Shown one piece after another: positions 39,544-50,073 of a DNA stretch of 64,000 nt. The position numbers were made by a program, and so were the translations under genes. The notes under the pieces were generated by a model. The model saw nothing but the letters and a program-made list of their open reading frames with translations. It made no database searches and had not been told where the DNA came from. Positions within the stretch are counted from its first letter, which is position 1; each line of letters starts with the position of its first letter. Origin of the DNA: Acidobacteriota bacterium (GTDB lineage Bacteria > Acidobacteriota > UBA6911 > RPQK01 > JAJDTT01); assembly GCA_965209055.1 (NCBI GenBank), contig OZ242374.1, positions 3,136,001 through 3,200,000 of the forward strand. Reading direction: 5' to 3'.

Positions 39544-40515
39544 TCAGAAGATCCTCTCTTCGGCGCTGCGCGCGTGCAGGTGGTCGACGTGGTGGTGTTC
39601 GGTACAACCGTCCGCCGTGTACTCCAACTGGATGGTGATGTGTTCGATGCCGAAATCGCCGGATGCGATCTCCCGCAGCCGCCGCCGCAGAAATTCCAGG
39701 TCCTTGAACTCGGGATCGACCAGGACGTGAGCCGTCAGCACATCGTAACCGGGGACGAGGCTCCAGACGTGGATGTCGTGGATCAGACCCACGCCCTGTA
39801 CGTCTTCCATCTGGCTGCAGAGCCGATACACGTCGATGTGTTTGGGTACGCTCTCCAGCAGGACGTGCACGACCTTTCCGAGCAGGCGCCAGGTGCTGAG
39901 CAAAATAAGGATGCCGATGATCACGCTCACGGCGGTATCCGCATGGTGCCAATCAAAGGCCCAGACCAGCAGACCCGAGACGACCACGCCGACGGTCCCC
40001 ATCAGATCGACCATGACGTGCCGGAAGGCGCCTTCGACGTTGACGTCTTGCTTCGACGCGAGGTGGAGAACCCCGGCCACCGAGAGGTTGACCAGCAGGC
40101 CGGCTGCGCCGAAGGCAAGCATGATTTCCCCTTCCACGTGGTGAAGCGCATCATGGGTGCGATCGTATGCCTCCATGATCAGCCATCCGGCGACCAGCCA
40201 GAGGGAAAGGGCGTTGAGCAGGGCCGCCAGGATCTCGAGGCGGCGGAAGCCATAGGTCCGTTGGGCGGAGGCGGGCCGGGTCGAGAAGTGGAGGGCGACG
40301 AGGGCGAAACTGATGGACGCCGCGTCCGTCACCTTGTGGGCGGCCTCCGCAAGCAACGCCAGACTGCCGGAAAGAACGCTGCCGACGATCTGTATGACCA
40401 TATAGCCGACGGTCAGGAGGAGCGCGATGGTCAGGCTGTACCGGCTGGCGCCGTGGTGGTCGTGGTCATTTCCGCCCGGATCGTGTTGATGGTGATGGTC
40501 GAGTCCATCCGTCAT
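39544..40515 (-). CDS. Cation diffusion facilitator (CzcD/ZitB-like) transporter
   Basis: His-rich N-terminus, SLALLAEAAH..TD, TYGFRRLEIL, H...D in TM5, HDIHVW, HITIQLE. Confidence 0.9.
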   Translation of the reverse strand: MTDGLDHHHQHDPGGNDHDHHGASRYSLTIALLLTVGYMVIQIVGSVLSGSLALLAEAAHKVTDAASISFALVALHFSTRPASAQRTYGFRRLEILAALLNALSLWLVAGWLIMEAYDRTHDALHHVEGEIMLAFGAAGLLVNLSVAGVLHLASKQDVNVEGAFRHVMVDLMGTVGVVVSGLLVWAFDWHHADTAVSVIIGILILLSTWRLLGKVVHVLLESVPKHIDVYRLCSQMEDVQGVGLIHDIHVWSLVPGYDVLTAHVLVDPEFKDLEFLRRRLREIASGDFGIEHITIQLEYTADGCTEHHHVDHLHARSAEERIF

Positions 40516-40688
40516 ACGCTTCCAGTCGACGAAGTTGCGCCGTAAATTCCGAGCGAAGCTCAATATTGTTTTGGCCATCGAAGCGATGTCAACTATCGCG
40601 CCGGCGCAGTCGCCGTTTATCGACAGGAATCGCGCGGCAGGTGAAGGGCAGCCACGTGAAGGGGAAAGTCCCGGAGGTCCCCGGAAAA

Positions 40689-40992
40689 ACAGACTGTCCC
40701 CATCTCCAAGACTGTCCCCATCTCCACTCCCCATGGCGCCGGAGATCGGCCGCGGCGTGCGGCTGACCTACATCATGCGGTTCTTCTGATCCAGCCCGTC
40801 CGCGCGGGTGCTGCTGCCACGAACCGAACAACCACTCCGGAAAAACACACTCCGGAAAAACAGACTGTCCCTTTCTCCGTCCCTTTCTCCACTTTCCGAA
40901 AACTTGCCCGAATACCAGACTGTTCCCAGTTCCCCCGTCTCCGCCCGAGTACCAGACTGTCCCCATTTTCCCCCCAGTCCCCATTTTCCCCC
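40689..40992. repeat. Cluster of AGACTGTCCCC-type repeats (same motif as RAYT flanks)
   Basis: At least five AGACTGT(T)CCC copies plus CACTCCGGAAAAA x2. Confidence 0.7.
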
Positions 40993-41089
40993 CACGCATC
41001 GCAATCAGCACTTCTACCGTGTACACTGCAACAGTGTAGATCGTAGACGGAATACTTCACGAAAGAAGACTGAAAGCATGGAGGTCATC

Positions 41090-41311
41090 GTGAGAAACAT
41101 CACCCTGAGCGCTGACGAGAATATGATCGAAGCGGCTCGGCGCCGCGCGGTGGCGGAAAATACGACCTTGAACGGTCAGTTTCGGCTCTGGCTTGCCGAG
41201 TACGTTGGCGGGGAAAGGCAGGCAGCCCGGGCGATGCGTACCGTCCGTGAACTGCAAGGCAAACTGCGCGTCGGGCGCAAGTTGACGCGGGAAGAGATGA
41301 ATGAACGCTGA
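41090..41311 (+). CDS. VapB-like antitoxin (RHH-like)
   Basis: RNITLSADE..IE.AR..A....TTLN; GGAGG RBS; overlaps the PIN gene. Confidence 0.75.
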   Translation: MRNITLSADENMIEAARRRAVAENTTLNGQFRLWLAEYVGGERQAARAMRTVRELQGKLRVGRKLTREEMNER

Positions 41312-41723
41312 AAGCTTCATCGATACAAATGTCTTCGTGTATCAGCTTGAGCGTCTTGATGTCCGTAAAGCCGATATTGCCGACCAACTCATCGGGCATG
41401 GAATCGAAACCCAGACGGCGTGCATCAGTTTTCAGGTGATCCAGGAGTGTCTCAACACCGCCACCCGCAAGGCTGAAGTGCCGCTGACCGAAGATGAGAT
41501 GCGCAAGTACATGATGGACGTCCTGAATCCGTTGTACAGAGTTCAACCAGATATCTGGCTCTATGGAAAATCACTGGAGATCCGATCCCGCTACGGTTTC
41601 AGCTTCTATGACTCGCTCATCGTTGCGGCCGCGATCAAGGCGGGCTGCAGAACCCTCTACAGCGAAGATCTTCAGCATGGGCAAGAGATTTCTGGCGTTG
41701 TCATCACGAACCCTTTCGGTTAG
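41301..41723 (+). CDS. vapC: PIN-domain (VapC) toxin
   Basis: FIDTNVFVY, QVIQE, SFYDSLIVAAA, LYSEDLQHG. Confidence 0.9.
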   Translation: MNAESFIDTNVFVYQLERLDVRKADIADQLIGHGIETQTACISFQVIQECLNTATRKAEVPLTEDEMRKYMMDVLNPLYRVQPDIWLYGKSLEIRSRYGFSFYDSLIVAAAIKAGCRTLYSEDLQHGQEISGVVITNPFG

Positions 41724-41894
41724 AGAACCGATCCCACGGAAAATCGCGGAAAATCGGACTGCCCCCTTCTTGATCGGCCAAACCTCTTCCGCGTCATTGA
41801 CGATCCGGTGGACTCAGGCGATGGAAGGGTATGAATTAGGATAATTCAATATGTAACTTTGGAATATCCTGATAATTATTGTAAGCTGTCTGCG

Positions 41895-43085
41895 ATGATT
41901 GAGCGGGACCTCACGCCGGAGTTGATCAGGGCGGCTCGCCAATTCCCTTCGATCACGTTGACCGGACCACGGCAGAGCGGAAAGACGACCTTGTGCCGAG
42001 CCGTGTTTCCGGACCTTCCCTACACGACTCTGGAGGCCCCGGACATACGCGCTTTGGCGACGGAGGACCCCAGAGGTTTCCTGGCCCAGTTTCCCAACGG
42101 AGCCATCATCGACGAAGTGCAACGCGTCCCGGACCTCCTCTCGTACCTGCAGGTCATCATCGACTCCGATCCGGAGCCCGGCCGCTGGGTTCTGACTGGC
42201 TCGCAGAACCTTTCCCTGCTGGCGTCGGTCAGCCAATCGCTGGCGGGAAGGACAGCCGTGCACCACCTGCTGCCACCGAGCCGCAGTGAGATCGTGCGCT
42301 TCGACCGGCCTCCGAAAAGTCTTGAAGCGACTCTCTTCGCGGGCGCCTATCCTCGGATTTTCGATCGCGATCTGAACCCGGCGGACTGGCTCCGTTCTTA
42401 TGTCGCGACCTATATCGAACGGGACGTGCGGACCATCAGCAACGTGGGAGACCTTCCCACCTTTCAACGCTTCGTGGAATTGTGCGCTGGCCGTACGGCT
42501 CAACTGGTGAACTACTCGTCATTGGCCGACGACTGCGGCGTGTCCCAGCCAACGGCCAAGACATGGCTCGGGATTCTCGAGACCGGTTTTCTCACCTTTC
42601 GCCTGCCGGCATTTCACGCCAATCTGCGCAAGCGCCTGGTGAAGATGCCGAGGTTGTACTTCTACGACACCGGGCTGGTCTGCTGGCTGCTGGGCATTCG
42701 CAGCCCCGAGCAGCTCCGCACACATCCCTTGCGAGGACCGATCTTCGAAACCTGGGTGGTCTCGGAGATTGCAAAATACCGGACTCACCTGGGCGAATCC
42801 GGGGGTCTTTTCTTCTACCGCGACAGTAACGGGGCCGAGGTCGATCTCATCCTTGAATATCCGTTCCACATCACGCTGGTGGAAGCCAAGGCTTCCGCGA
42901 CGCCGTCCTCCGCTCTGTTTCGCGGCGCCCGGCGCGTGCGCAGACATCTTTCGCGACAGCCTCGCCCATGTTCGGTCGTCGTGGCCTACGGGGGCGAGCA
43001 ACTCCAGCGGCGCACCGAAGGGAGCCTGGTCCCCTGGAGCGAACTGCACCAAGCGGACTTTTGGGAACCGGCCGCCGTCATTTGA
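41895..43085 (+). CDS. AAA+ ATPase (AAA_14 + DUF4143)
   Basis: GPRQSGKTT, IIDEVQ, LTGS, SLAGR, YIERD, YFYDTG, FETWV, YRD..G.EVD, VEAK. Confidence 0.92.
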   Translation: MIERDLTPELIRAARQFPSITLTGPRQSGKTTLCRAVFPDLPYTTLEAPDIRALATEDPRGFLAQFPNGAIIDEVQRVPDLLSYLQVIIDSDPEPGRWVLTGSQNLSLLASVSQSLAGRTAVHHLLPPSRSEIVRFDRPPKSLEATLFAGAYPRIFDRDLNPADWLRSYVATYIERDVRTISNVGDLPTFQRFVELCAGRTAQLVNYSSLADDCGVSQPTAKTWLGILETGFLTFRLPAFHANLRKRLVKMPRLYFYDTGLVCWLLGIRSPEQLRTHPLRGPIFETWVVSEIAKYRTHLGESGGLFFYRDSNGAEVDLILEYPFHITLVEAKASATPSSALFRGARRVRRHLSRQPRPCSVVVAYGGEQLQRRTEGSLVPWSELHQADFWEPAAVI

Positions 43086-43272
43086 CAGAAATCCTTGCCG
43101 TGGTAGGGTTCTAGGCACCATTGCCATCTCACCGGATCTCCACCGAGCCTGTGCTCGAACCCGGGTCGAAAACCCCGGCTGCAGGCAGTCCGGTCCGCGC
43201 TGGCGCATTCTCGACAATTCCAGACGATTTGCTTGAGGACCGTAGACTGACGCGTCTTCTCCAGGGGGCCAG

Positions 43273-45297
43273 ATGACCGACCAGAACCCAACTCAGATGT
43301 CCGGCGCCGATCCCGGCTCCAACCTCCGCGTCCCGGCCGGGAAAATGGCGGCCTGGGGAGTGGACACGCTTCCCGTTCCTCCCCCGGACCGCTTCGATCT
43401 GCGCCGGTTCCTGGGGCCGGGCCTGCTCATGGTGGGACTGGCCATCGGAGGAGGGGAATGGCTGACCGGTCCCGCCCTGACGGCGCAGTACGGCGGGATA
43501 CTCATGTGGATCGCCACCATGAGCATCCTGTTCCAGTGCTGCTACAACCTGGAGGTGATGCGCTACGCCCTGTATTGCGGCGAGCCCATGTTCACCGGCT
43601 TTTTCCGGTTGGCGCCGGGCCCCCGCTTCTGGACCGGCATCTTCCTGGTGGTCGACTTCGGCGCGATCTGGCCCTACCTGTCCGCCAACGCGGCGGTACC
43701 CTTGTTGGCGGCGTTTCTGGGGCATCTCCCTGGGACCCTCCCCACGACCTACCTTTCCCAGGAAGAAATCGTGGCCGAGACGGGGCTTTCGGCCCGGCTG
43801 GTGGAGGAGATGTCGCAACACCCCGGCCGTTTCGGACGGGTCCAGGATGTCGAGCGCGAGACGGGACTGCCGGTGGAGGTGATCCGGGAGATCGCGCAGA
43901 ACCCGGAGCACTATGGCGACACCCGCCGCTGGCGGCCTCTGCCCCATCCGCTCACCGAGTGGCAGGACGGGGACTCGGTCACGGAGGTGGCCGCCAGGAC
44001 CGGGCTGGACCGCGAGGTTCTGGAGAAGGTTCAAGGGAGGCCGGAACTGTTCGCTCCCGTGGAGCAGGTCATCCGCGAAACCGGACTTCCGGCCGAGATC
44101 GTCCATGAAATGGCTCGGAACCCGACCGCCTACGGCGTCACGGACCGGTGGAAGGCCATGCCCGAACCGGTGCTGGAAAAGTGGGTCGAACCGGAAAGGA
44201 GGACGGTTGGCTACCTCGGCTACGCCATCTTCCTCTCTGCCTTCGTCCCGCTGATCTTCGGCGGCAAGGTCTACAACATGGTGGAGAAGATCATGGCCGC
44301 CAAGACGGCCCTGGTCCTGGGCTATCTCATCTTCCTGGGAGTCTTCTACGTCGAATGGCGGGTCTGGGTCGAGATCTTTTCGGGGTTCGTCAAATTCGGC
44401 GCGCTTCCCGAAGTGGCGGGGAACCCGTTGACGTGGTCGGAACTGTTCCGGGGGACCTTCGGAATCGGAGGCGCCAGGCCGGCTCTGGATGTGGGCCTGT
44501 TGGCCATTTTCGCCGCCATTGCCGGAAGCGGAGGCCTGGGCAACGCCAGTTTCGCCAACTACGTTCGGGACAAGGGCTGGGGAATGGGTGCCCGGGTGGG
44601 CGCCATCGCCAGCGCCGTGGGCGGGAAGGGCGTCAAGCTGCTCCATGAGGGCCGGGTGTTCCACGTCACGCCGGAATCGAAAAAACTGTGGACGGGATGG
44701 CGCAATGTCACGATTCGCGACCAACTGGGGATCTGGGTCGGGGGCTGTATCCTGGGCATGGGAATACCCGCCCTGCTCTCGCTCCAGTTCGCCGCCGGAC
44801 AGCAGGTCCGGGGCGATTCGCTGGCCGCCCTGACGGCTCAGGGAGTCGTGGACAAGACAGGCGAACCCATCTTCTGGTTTCTCACCCTGCTCTGCGGCTT
44901 CATGGTCCTGGGCCCGACCCAGATTGCGGCGGCGGACAGCTTCTGCCGGCGCTGGACCGACCTGATCTGGACCGCCAGCACCCGCGCCCGGGGGCTGAAG
45001 GAAGAGCAGGTCAAGTATGTCTACTACGGGCTCCTGACCGCCTACGCCCTCTGGGGAGTGATGGCGCTGACCCTGATACCCGACCGCATGCTGATCGTGA
45101 AGATTGCGGGCATCCCATTGAACTTCGGTCTGGGGTTTTCGGCGCTCTGCGTCCTGGCCGTCAACTGCAAACTGCTGCCCAGGGAATTGCAGTCTGCCTG
45201 GTACATCCGTGTCTTGATGGTGGCCTGCGCCCTGTTCTTTTTGAGCATCGCCTGTGTCTCCACGGCGGCCGTGATTCGCGACCTCCAGTTCCTGTAG
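43273..45297 (+). CDS. Nramp-like family transporter with ~150-aa repeat insertion
   Basis: LGPGLL...AIGGGEW..GP, RYALYCGE, YVRDKGWGMG; many TM helices. Confidence 0.8.
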   Translation: MTDQNPTQMSGADPGSNLRVPAGKMAAWGVDTLPVPPPDRFDLRRFLGPGLLMVGLAIGGGEWLTGPALTAQYGGILMWIATMSILFQCCYNLEVMRYALYCGEPMFTGFFRLAPGPRFWTGIFLVVDFGAIWPYLSANAAVPLLAAFLGHLPGTLPTTYLSQEEIVAETGLSARLVEEMSQHPGRFGRVQDVERETGLPVEVIREIAQNPEHYGDTRRWRPLPHPLTEWQDGDSVTEVAARTGLDREVLEKVQGRPELFAPVEQVIRETGLPAEIVHEMARNPTAYGVTDRWKAMPEPVLEKWVEPERRTVGYLGYAIFLSAFVPLIFGGKVYNMVEKIMAAKTALVLGYLIFLGVFYVEWRVWVEIFSGFVKFGALPEVAGNPLTWSELFRGTFGIGGARPALDVGLLAIFAAIAGSGGLGNASFANYVRDKGWGMGARVGAIASAVGGKGVKLLHEGRVFHVTPESKKLWTGWRNVTIRDQLGIWVGGCILGMGIPALLSLQFAAGQQVRGDSLAALTAQGVVDKTGEPIFWFLTLLCGFMVLGPTQIAAADSFCRRWTDLIWTASTRARGLKEEQVKYVYYGLLTAYALWGVMALTLIPDRMLIVKIAGIPLNFGLGFSALCVLAVNCKLLPRELQSAWYIRVLMVACALFFLSIACVSTAAVIRDLQFL

Positions 45298-45389
45298 TAG
45301 TAGGAGGGGGGACTACGTTAGTCCCCCCGTGCTCTTCCCAATCGGCGGCAAGAAAACCGCCGCCCAGATCCCTTCCTGGAGGAACCAAC

Positions 45390-46646
45390 ATGCGCACCCG
45401 CTTGATCGCAGCGATTATCTCCCTCTTCCTCCTGCCGATCCCCATCCAAGCCAGCGACAAGCAAAACGTCATGATCGTGAGCTGGGGCGACGTCATCATG
45501 TCCGGGGCCCCGGGTGCGGCGCGGCTGGACACGCCCGAAAAGGTGCGCGAGTCCGTCCGCTCCTGGAAATCCCAGGGCATCGACCAGGTCCTCTTTCGCG
45601 GCGACAACTTCCGCGTCCTCCTCTTTCACCAAACGGCACCCGCCAACGAGGAACACCGCAAAGGGCTGGCGAAGACCCGGGCGGCCTGGGAGTCGGACCT
45701 CATGGAGACTGCCGTCGACGCCATGAGGGAAGCCGGCATTCGCCCTTACGTCTGGCTCACCGTTCTGGACGAGGGATGTCCCCCCGACATCCTCTACGCC
45801 GACTCCGTGCCCTTCGCATGGCAGTCCCGCTTCACCCGCCGAAACCCGCAGTTTCTGGCCTGCGACAGGAGCCTTACCCCGAATGGCCGGAAGTACCACT
45901 GGGGCGTCATGGAGTACGCCTACCCGGAGGTCCGGCAATACATGCTCGAGGTCATCCGGGCCTTCTCCGACCGCTTCGATCTGGACGGCGTCTTCCTGAG
46001 CCTTCGCACTCATTCGCCGCCCCCCGGCCACGCCGACCAGTTCGGCTTCAACGAACCGGTGGTCCGGGAGTACAAGCGCCGCTACGGACGGGACATCCTG
46101 CGCGAGCCCTTCGACCTGGAGAAGTGGCGGAATCTGCGGGGCGAGTTCTTCACCACCTTCCTCAGGGAGGTCCGGGACCACCTCAAGAGCCGGGGGCAGA
46201 AGCTGGCGGTGGGCGTGCAACAGGGGGAGTACCTGGGTCCCCCCTTCGGCAACATGAGGATCCAGTGGCGGCGCTGGGTCGCCGACGAGATCGTCGACCA
46301 GCTCGTGGTCGGGCACATCACCGGAGCGCGGGCCCGCTACCCGCTAAGGACTCAGCGCACCATGGGCTACCTCCAGAGCCAGGAGGACAATCTGGGTCTG
46401 CCTCCCATCGAAGAGGCCCTGAGCAAGGACTACGGTCCGCTCTGCGCCCGTCACGGAGTCGACCTCCTGGTGTCCCCGAAACTCTTCTATCTGTCCTTTC
46501 TTCATCCGACCTACGGCCGGGGCCGACAGAATCCGGAGCTGCGGGCGAGACTCCTGGAAAAACTGGAAGCGATCCCCGAAGTGACGGGAATCGTCATCGG
46601 GTACGGGAGGTTTCTCCGGTCCCATGCGGCCACGTCCGCGGAATAA
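45390..46646 (+). CDS. Secreted TIM-barrel glycoside-hydrolase-like protein
   Basis: Signal peptide, MEYAYPEVR, FDLDGVFL, FGFNEPVV; GGAGG RBS. Confidence 0.7.
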   Translation: MRTRLIAAIISLFLLPIPIQASDKQNVMIVSWGDVIMSGAPGAARLDTPEKVRESVRSWKSQGIDQVLFRGDNFRVLLFHQTAPANEEHRKGLAKTRAAWESDLMETAVDAMREAGIRPYVWLTVLDEGCPPDILYADSVPFAWQSRFTRRNPQFLACDRSLTPNGRKYHWGVMEYAYPEVRQYMLEVIRAFSDRFDLDGVFLSLRTHSPPPGHADQFGFNEPVVREYKRRYGRDILREPFDLEKWRNLRGEFFTTFLREVRDHLKSRGQKLAVGVQQGEYLGPPFGNMRIQWRRWVADEIVDQLVVGHITGARARYPLRTQRTMGYLQSQEDNLGLPPIEEALSKDYGPLCARHGVDLLVSPKLFYLSFLHPTYGRGRQNPELRARLLEKLEAIPEVTGIVIGYGRFLRSHAATSAE

Positions 46647-46812
46647 GCGACCCACTCCCCACCCGGATTTGAACCGCCTGCCCGCCCGTTCGCCGGGGTA
46701 GGGGTCCCGATTGCCGGTGAACCCGGACCGCCCACGGTTTTTTAGTGGTCCCGGGACGGATTGTGGCCGATACTGCCGCCCGGAATTGCGCGGAAATCGC
46801 AGGGAGGTTTGT

Positions 46813-49800
46813 ATGCGCATCGGTCATCGGTCTCTAACGGTCTGGCTCGGCTTGGTTCTATGGGCGTTGCAGCCGGCCTTAATCGCCCAATCAGATGGTT
46901 CACTGAGTGGAAACGTTTCGCTGAAGGACACCGGCCAGCCTCTGCACTACGCCAGCGTGTCCATCGAGGAGCTGGACCGTAGCACCGTCACCGACGACGA
47001 TGGAAACTACGAGTTCGACGGCGTTCCTCCCGGGACTTACCGCCTGATCATCCATCTGGACAGCCTGTTCACCGAAGTCACCACCATGGTGATCGTCGAG
47101 GCTGGCGAGGCGGCAAAAGCGAACATCTTCCTGGAGTTGTTGCCCAGGCGATACGAAGTCACGGTGACGGCAAGCGAGGAGCACGAGACGGTCTTCGAGG
47201 CATTCCAGAGCGTCGAGTCGTTGGGACCGTACGAGATGGCCGAGTCGGCGGATATCACCATCGGCGAGTTGTTGGACCACAGAGTGGGCAGCGGTATCGC
47301 CAAGCGCGGTTTCGGACCGGGTCCGGCCCGGCCCATCATCCGCGGTTTCGACGGCGACCGCGTCCTGATCATGGAGGACGGAATCCGGTCCGGCACCCTG
47401 TCCTCCCAGTCCGGAGACCACGGGGAATTGATCAACCCGGCGCTGATCGAGCGGCTGGAGGTCGTCAAGGGTCCGGCCACGCTGCTCTACAGTGGAAGCG
47501 CCATGGGAGGCACCGTCAACGCCATCAGCCGTCACCACCAAGTTCATCATCACCCGCACAAAGGAGTGCGCGGCTTCATCTCCGGCTCCGCGGGCACCAG
47601 CAACTCCCTGGGCGGAGTCAATGCCGGTTTCGAGATGGGCGCGGGCAACTGGCTGTTCTGGGGACAGGGCGGGGGATTGCGCACCGGTGACTACACGGCT
47701 CCCGAACAGGGCGCCATCTACAACTCCCGGTCCCGGATTGCCAATGGCGGCGGCGGCTTCGGATTCTACGGCGAGAAGATGTTCTTCAGCGTAGAGGCCA
47801 AGTACGACGAGGGCCTTTACGGCGTTCCCTTCGTCCAGGATTTCCACGGCCACCACGGGCACGGGGAAGAGGACGAGCACGACCACGACGAGGAAGAGGA
47901 CGAGCACGACCACGACCACGACGAGGAAGAGGAAGAGGGCGAGGACGACGACCACGACCACGACCACGATGAGGAAGAGGAAGAGGGCGAGGACGACGAC
48001 CACGACCACGACCACGATGAGGAAGAGGAAGAGGGCGAGGACGACGACCACGACCACGACCACGATGAGGAAGAGGAAGAGGGCGAGGACGACGACCACG
48101 ACCACGACCACGATGAGGAAGAGGAAGAGGGCGAGGACGACGACCACGACCACGACCACGACGAGGAAGAGGAAGAGGGCGAAGACGACGACCACGACCA
48201 CGACCACGATGAGGAAGAGGAAGAGGCCGACGACGACCACGACCACGACCACGATGAGGAAGGGGAAGAGGGCGAAGACGACGACCACGACCACGACCAC
48301 GATGAGGAAGAGGAAGAGGCCGACGACGACCACGACCACGACCACGATGAGGAAGGGGAAGAGGGCGAAGACGACGACCACGACCACGACCACGATGAGG
48401 AAGAGGAAGAGGCCGACGACGATCACGACCACGACCACGACAACGGCGAGGAAGAGGAAGAGGCCGACGACGATCACGACCACGACCACGATGAGGAAGG
48501 GGAAGAGGGCGAAGACGAGGATCACGACCACGACAACGGCGAGGATGAGGAAGAGGCCGACGACGACCACGACCACGACCACGACGAGGAAGAGGGCGAG
48601 GGCGAGGAGGACGAGGACCACGACCACGACGAGGAAGAGGGCGAGGGCGACGAAGACGAGGATCACGACCACGACGAGGAAGAGGGCGAGGGCGACGAAG
48701 ACGAGGATCACGACCACGACGAGGAAGAGGGCGAGGAGGACGAGGACCACGACCACGATGAGGACGAGGACCACGATGAAGAGGACGACCACGGGCACGG
48801 GGGACGTGAGATCGATCGCATCGTGATCGATGCCCATCGCCTGAGCTACCGCTTCAACTGGGGACTGAAGGATCTGGGCGGCGCCATCGACCGTTTCACT
48901 CTGAAACTGGCCTACACCGACTGGTCACACGACGAAATCGAGTACTTTACGGACGGTGACTGGGCCATCGGCACCGAGTTCGACAACACCCAGTTCACCT
49001 ACCGCGGGGTCTTCGAGCAGCAGGAGTCAGGGCCCTTGAGTGGAAGCTTCGGCTTCTGGGGTTTGAACAGAGACTATTCGGCCACGGGAGAGGAAGCGCT
49101 GTCGCCGCCGACCACCCAGAATGGTTTCGCCGTTTTCGCCCTGCAGGTCCTGGATTTTGAGAACTACAAGCTCCAGTTCGGGGGACGTGTGGAGACCCAG
49201 CGCTATAATCCGGGCTTCGCCGCACGCGGTGACGGCGGCCACGGCCACGGAGGGGACGCGCATGGCCACGGAGAGGACGACCACGAGGAAGGGCTCCCCG
49301 ATGCCGTCGAGAGGACGTTCACCGGAGCTTCCGCCTCAGTCGGCATCCACGCCGACACTTGGCGGAACGGGGCATTCGTCGCGAACTACTCTCATTTCTA
49401 CCGGGCCCCGTCTTTGGAGGAACTCTACAATTACGGGCCGCACGCCGGGAGCCTCGCGTTCGAGATCGGGGATCCCACGATGGACGCCGAGACCGGCGAC
49501 GGCATCGAGTTGTCGCTACGGCACGAGGATGACCAGGTCCACGGCGGCCTGAGCTTTTTCTACTACGGGTTCCGGAACTTCATCTTCCCCTTCGCACCCG
49601 GAGAACGGCTGGACGACCTCCAAGTCATCGAGTTCACCCAGCGTGACGCCCGGTATGCGGGAGCGGAAGCGGAATTCGGTTTTCGACTGCACAGGGCGCT
49701 CTGGCTCGATCTCGGAATGGATATGGTCGACGCCCAAGACACGAACACGGGCACTCCCTTGCCCAGAATCCCGCCTCTGCGGGGCAAGATCGGGCTGGAT

Positions 49801-50073
49801 CTCAACGTCGGGGGATGGCGAATCAATCCGGAGTTGATCGTGGCCAGCGAGCAGAACCAGACCTTCACCGACGAGACCCGGACACCCGGATACAGCGTCG
49901 TGAACTTGAAGGCGTCCTACACCGTCGCCCAGCAGCACGTGGCGCACCAGTTCGCGGTGAAGGTTTTCAACATCGGCGACCGGTTCTATCGAAACCACTC
50001 TTCCTTCATCAAGGATCTGGCCCCCGAAATCGGCCGTGGCGTAAGACTGACCTACATCCTGCGTTTCTTCTGA
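46813..50073 (+). CDS. TonB-dependent receptor (ZnuD-like) with very long His/Asp/Glu insertion
   Basis: Signal peptide, carboxypeptidase-regulatory-like N-domain, plug (RPIIRGFDGDRV, LEVVKGPATLLY), RAPSLEELY.YGPH, YRNHSSFIKDLAPE.GR, C-terminal Phe. Confidence 0.92.
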   Translation: MRIGHRSLTVWLGLVLWALQPALIAQSDGSLSGNVSLKDTGQPLHYASVSIEELDRSTVTDDDGNYEFDGVPPGTYRLIIHLDSLFTEVTTMVIVEAGEAAKANIFLELLPRRYEVTVTASEEHETVFEAFQSVESLGPYEMAESADITIGELLDHRVGSGIAKRGFGPGPARPIIRGFDGDRVLIMEDGIRSGTLSSQSGDHGELINPALIERLEVVKGPATLLYSGSAMGGTVNAISRHHQVHHHPHKGVRGFISGSAGTSNSLGGVNAGFEMGAGNWLFWGQGGGLRTGDYTAPEQGAIYNSRSRIANGGGGFGFYGEKMFFSVEAKYDEGLYGVPFVQDFHGHHGHGEEDEHDHDEEEDEHDHDHDEEEEEGEDDDHDHDHDEEEEEGEDDDHDHDHDEEEEEGEDDDHDHDHDEEEEEGEDDDHDHDHDEEEEEGEDDDHDHDHDEEEEEGEDDDHDHDHDEEEEEADDDHDHDHDEEGEEGEDDDHDHDHDEEEEEADDDHDHDHDEEGEEGEDDDHDHDHDEEEEEADDDHDHDHDNGEEEEEADDDHDHDHDEEGEEGEDEDHDHDNGEDEEEADDDHDHDHDEEEGEGEEDEDHDHDEEEGEGDEDEDHDHDEEEGEGDEDEDHDHDEEEGEEDEDHDHDEDEDHDEEDDHGHGGREIDRIVIDAHRLSYRFNWGLKDLGGAIDRFTLKLAYTDWSHDEIEYFTDGDWAIGTEFDNTQFTYRGVFEQQESGPLSGSFGFWGLNRDYSATGEEALSPPTTQNGFAVFALQVLDFENYKLQFGGRVETQRYNPGFAARGDGGHGHGGDAHGHGEDDHEEGLPDAVERTFTGASASVGIHADTWRNGAFVANYSHFYRAPSLEELYNYGPHAGSLAFEIGDPTMDAETGDGIELSLRHEDDQVHGGLSFFYYGFRNFIFPFAPGERLDDLQVIEFTQRDARYAGAEAEFGFRLHRALWLDLGMDMVDAQDTNTGTPLPRIPPLRGKIGLDLNVGGWRINPELIVASEQNQTFTDETRTPGYSVVNLKASYTVAQQHVAHQFAVKVFNIGDRFYRNHSSFIKDLAPEIGRGVRLTYILRFF
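47845..48800 (+). repeat. Coding tandem repeat (~45-48 bp unit, DEEEEEGEDDDHDHDH) inside the TonB receptor
   Basis: About 20 degenerate units read directly. Confidence 0.95.

Noticed and set aside
46900-48837. Poly-Val antisense ORF (645 aa) and poly-Thr/Arg-Lys alternate-frame ORF (47969-48826)
   Set aside because: Shadow frames of the GAC/CAC/GAG repeat in the TonB receptor.
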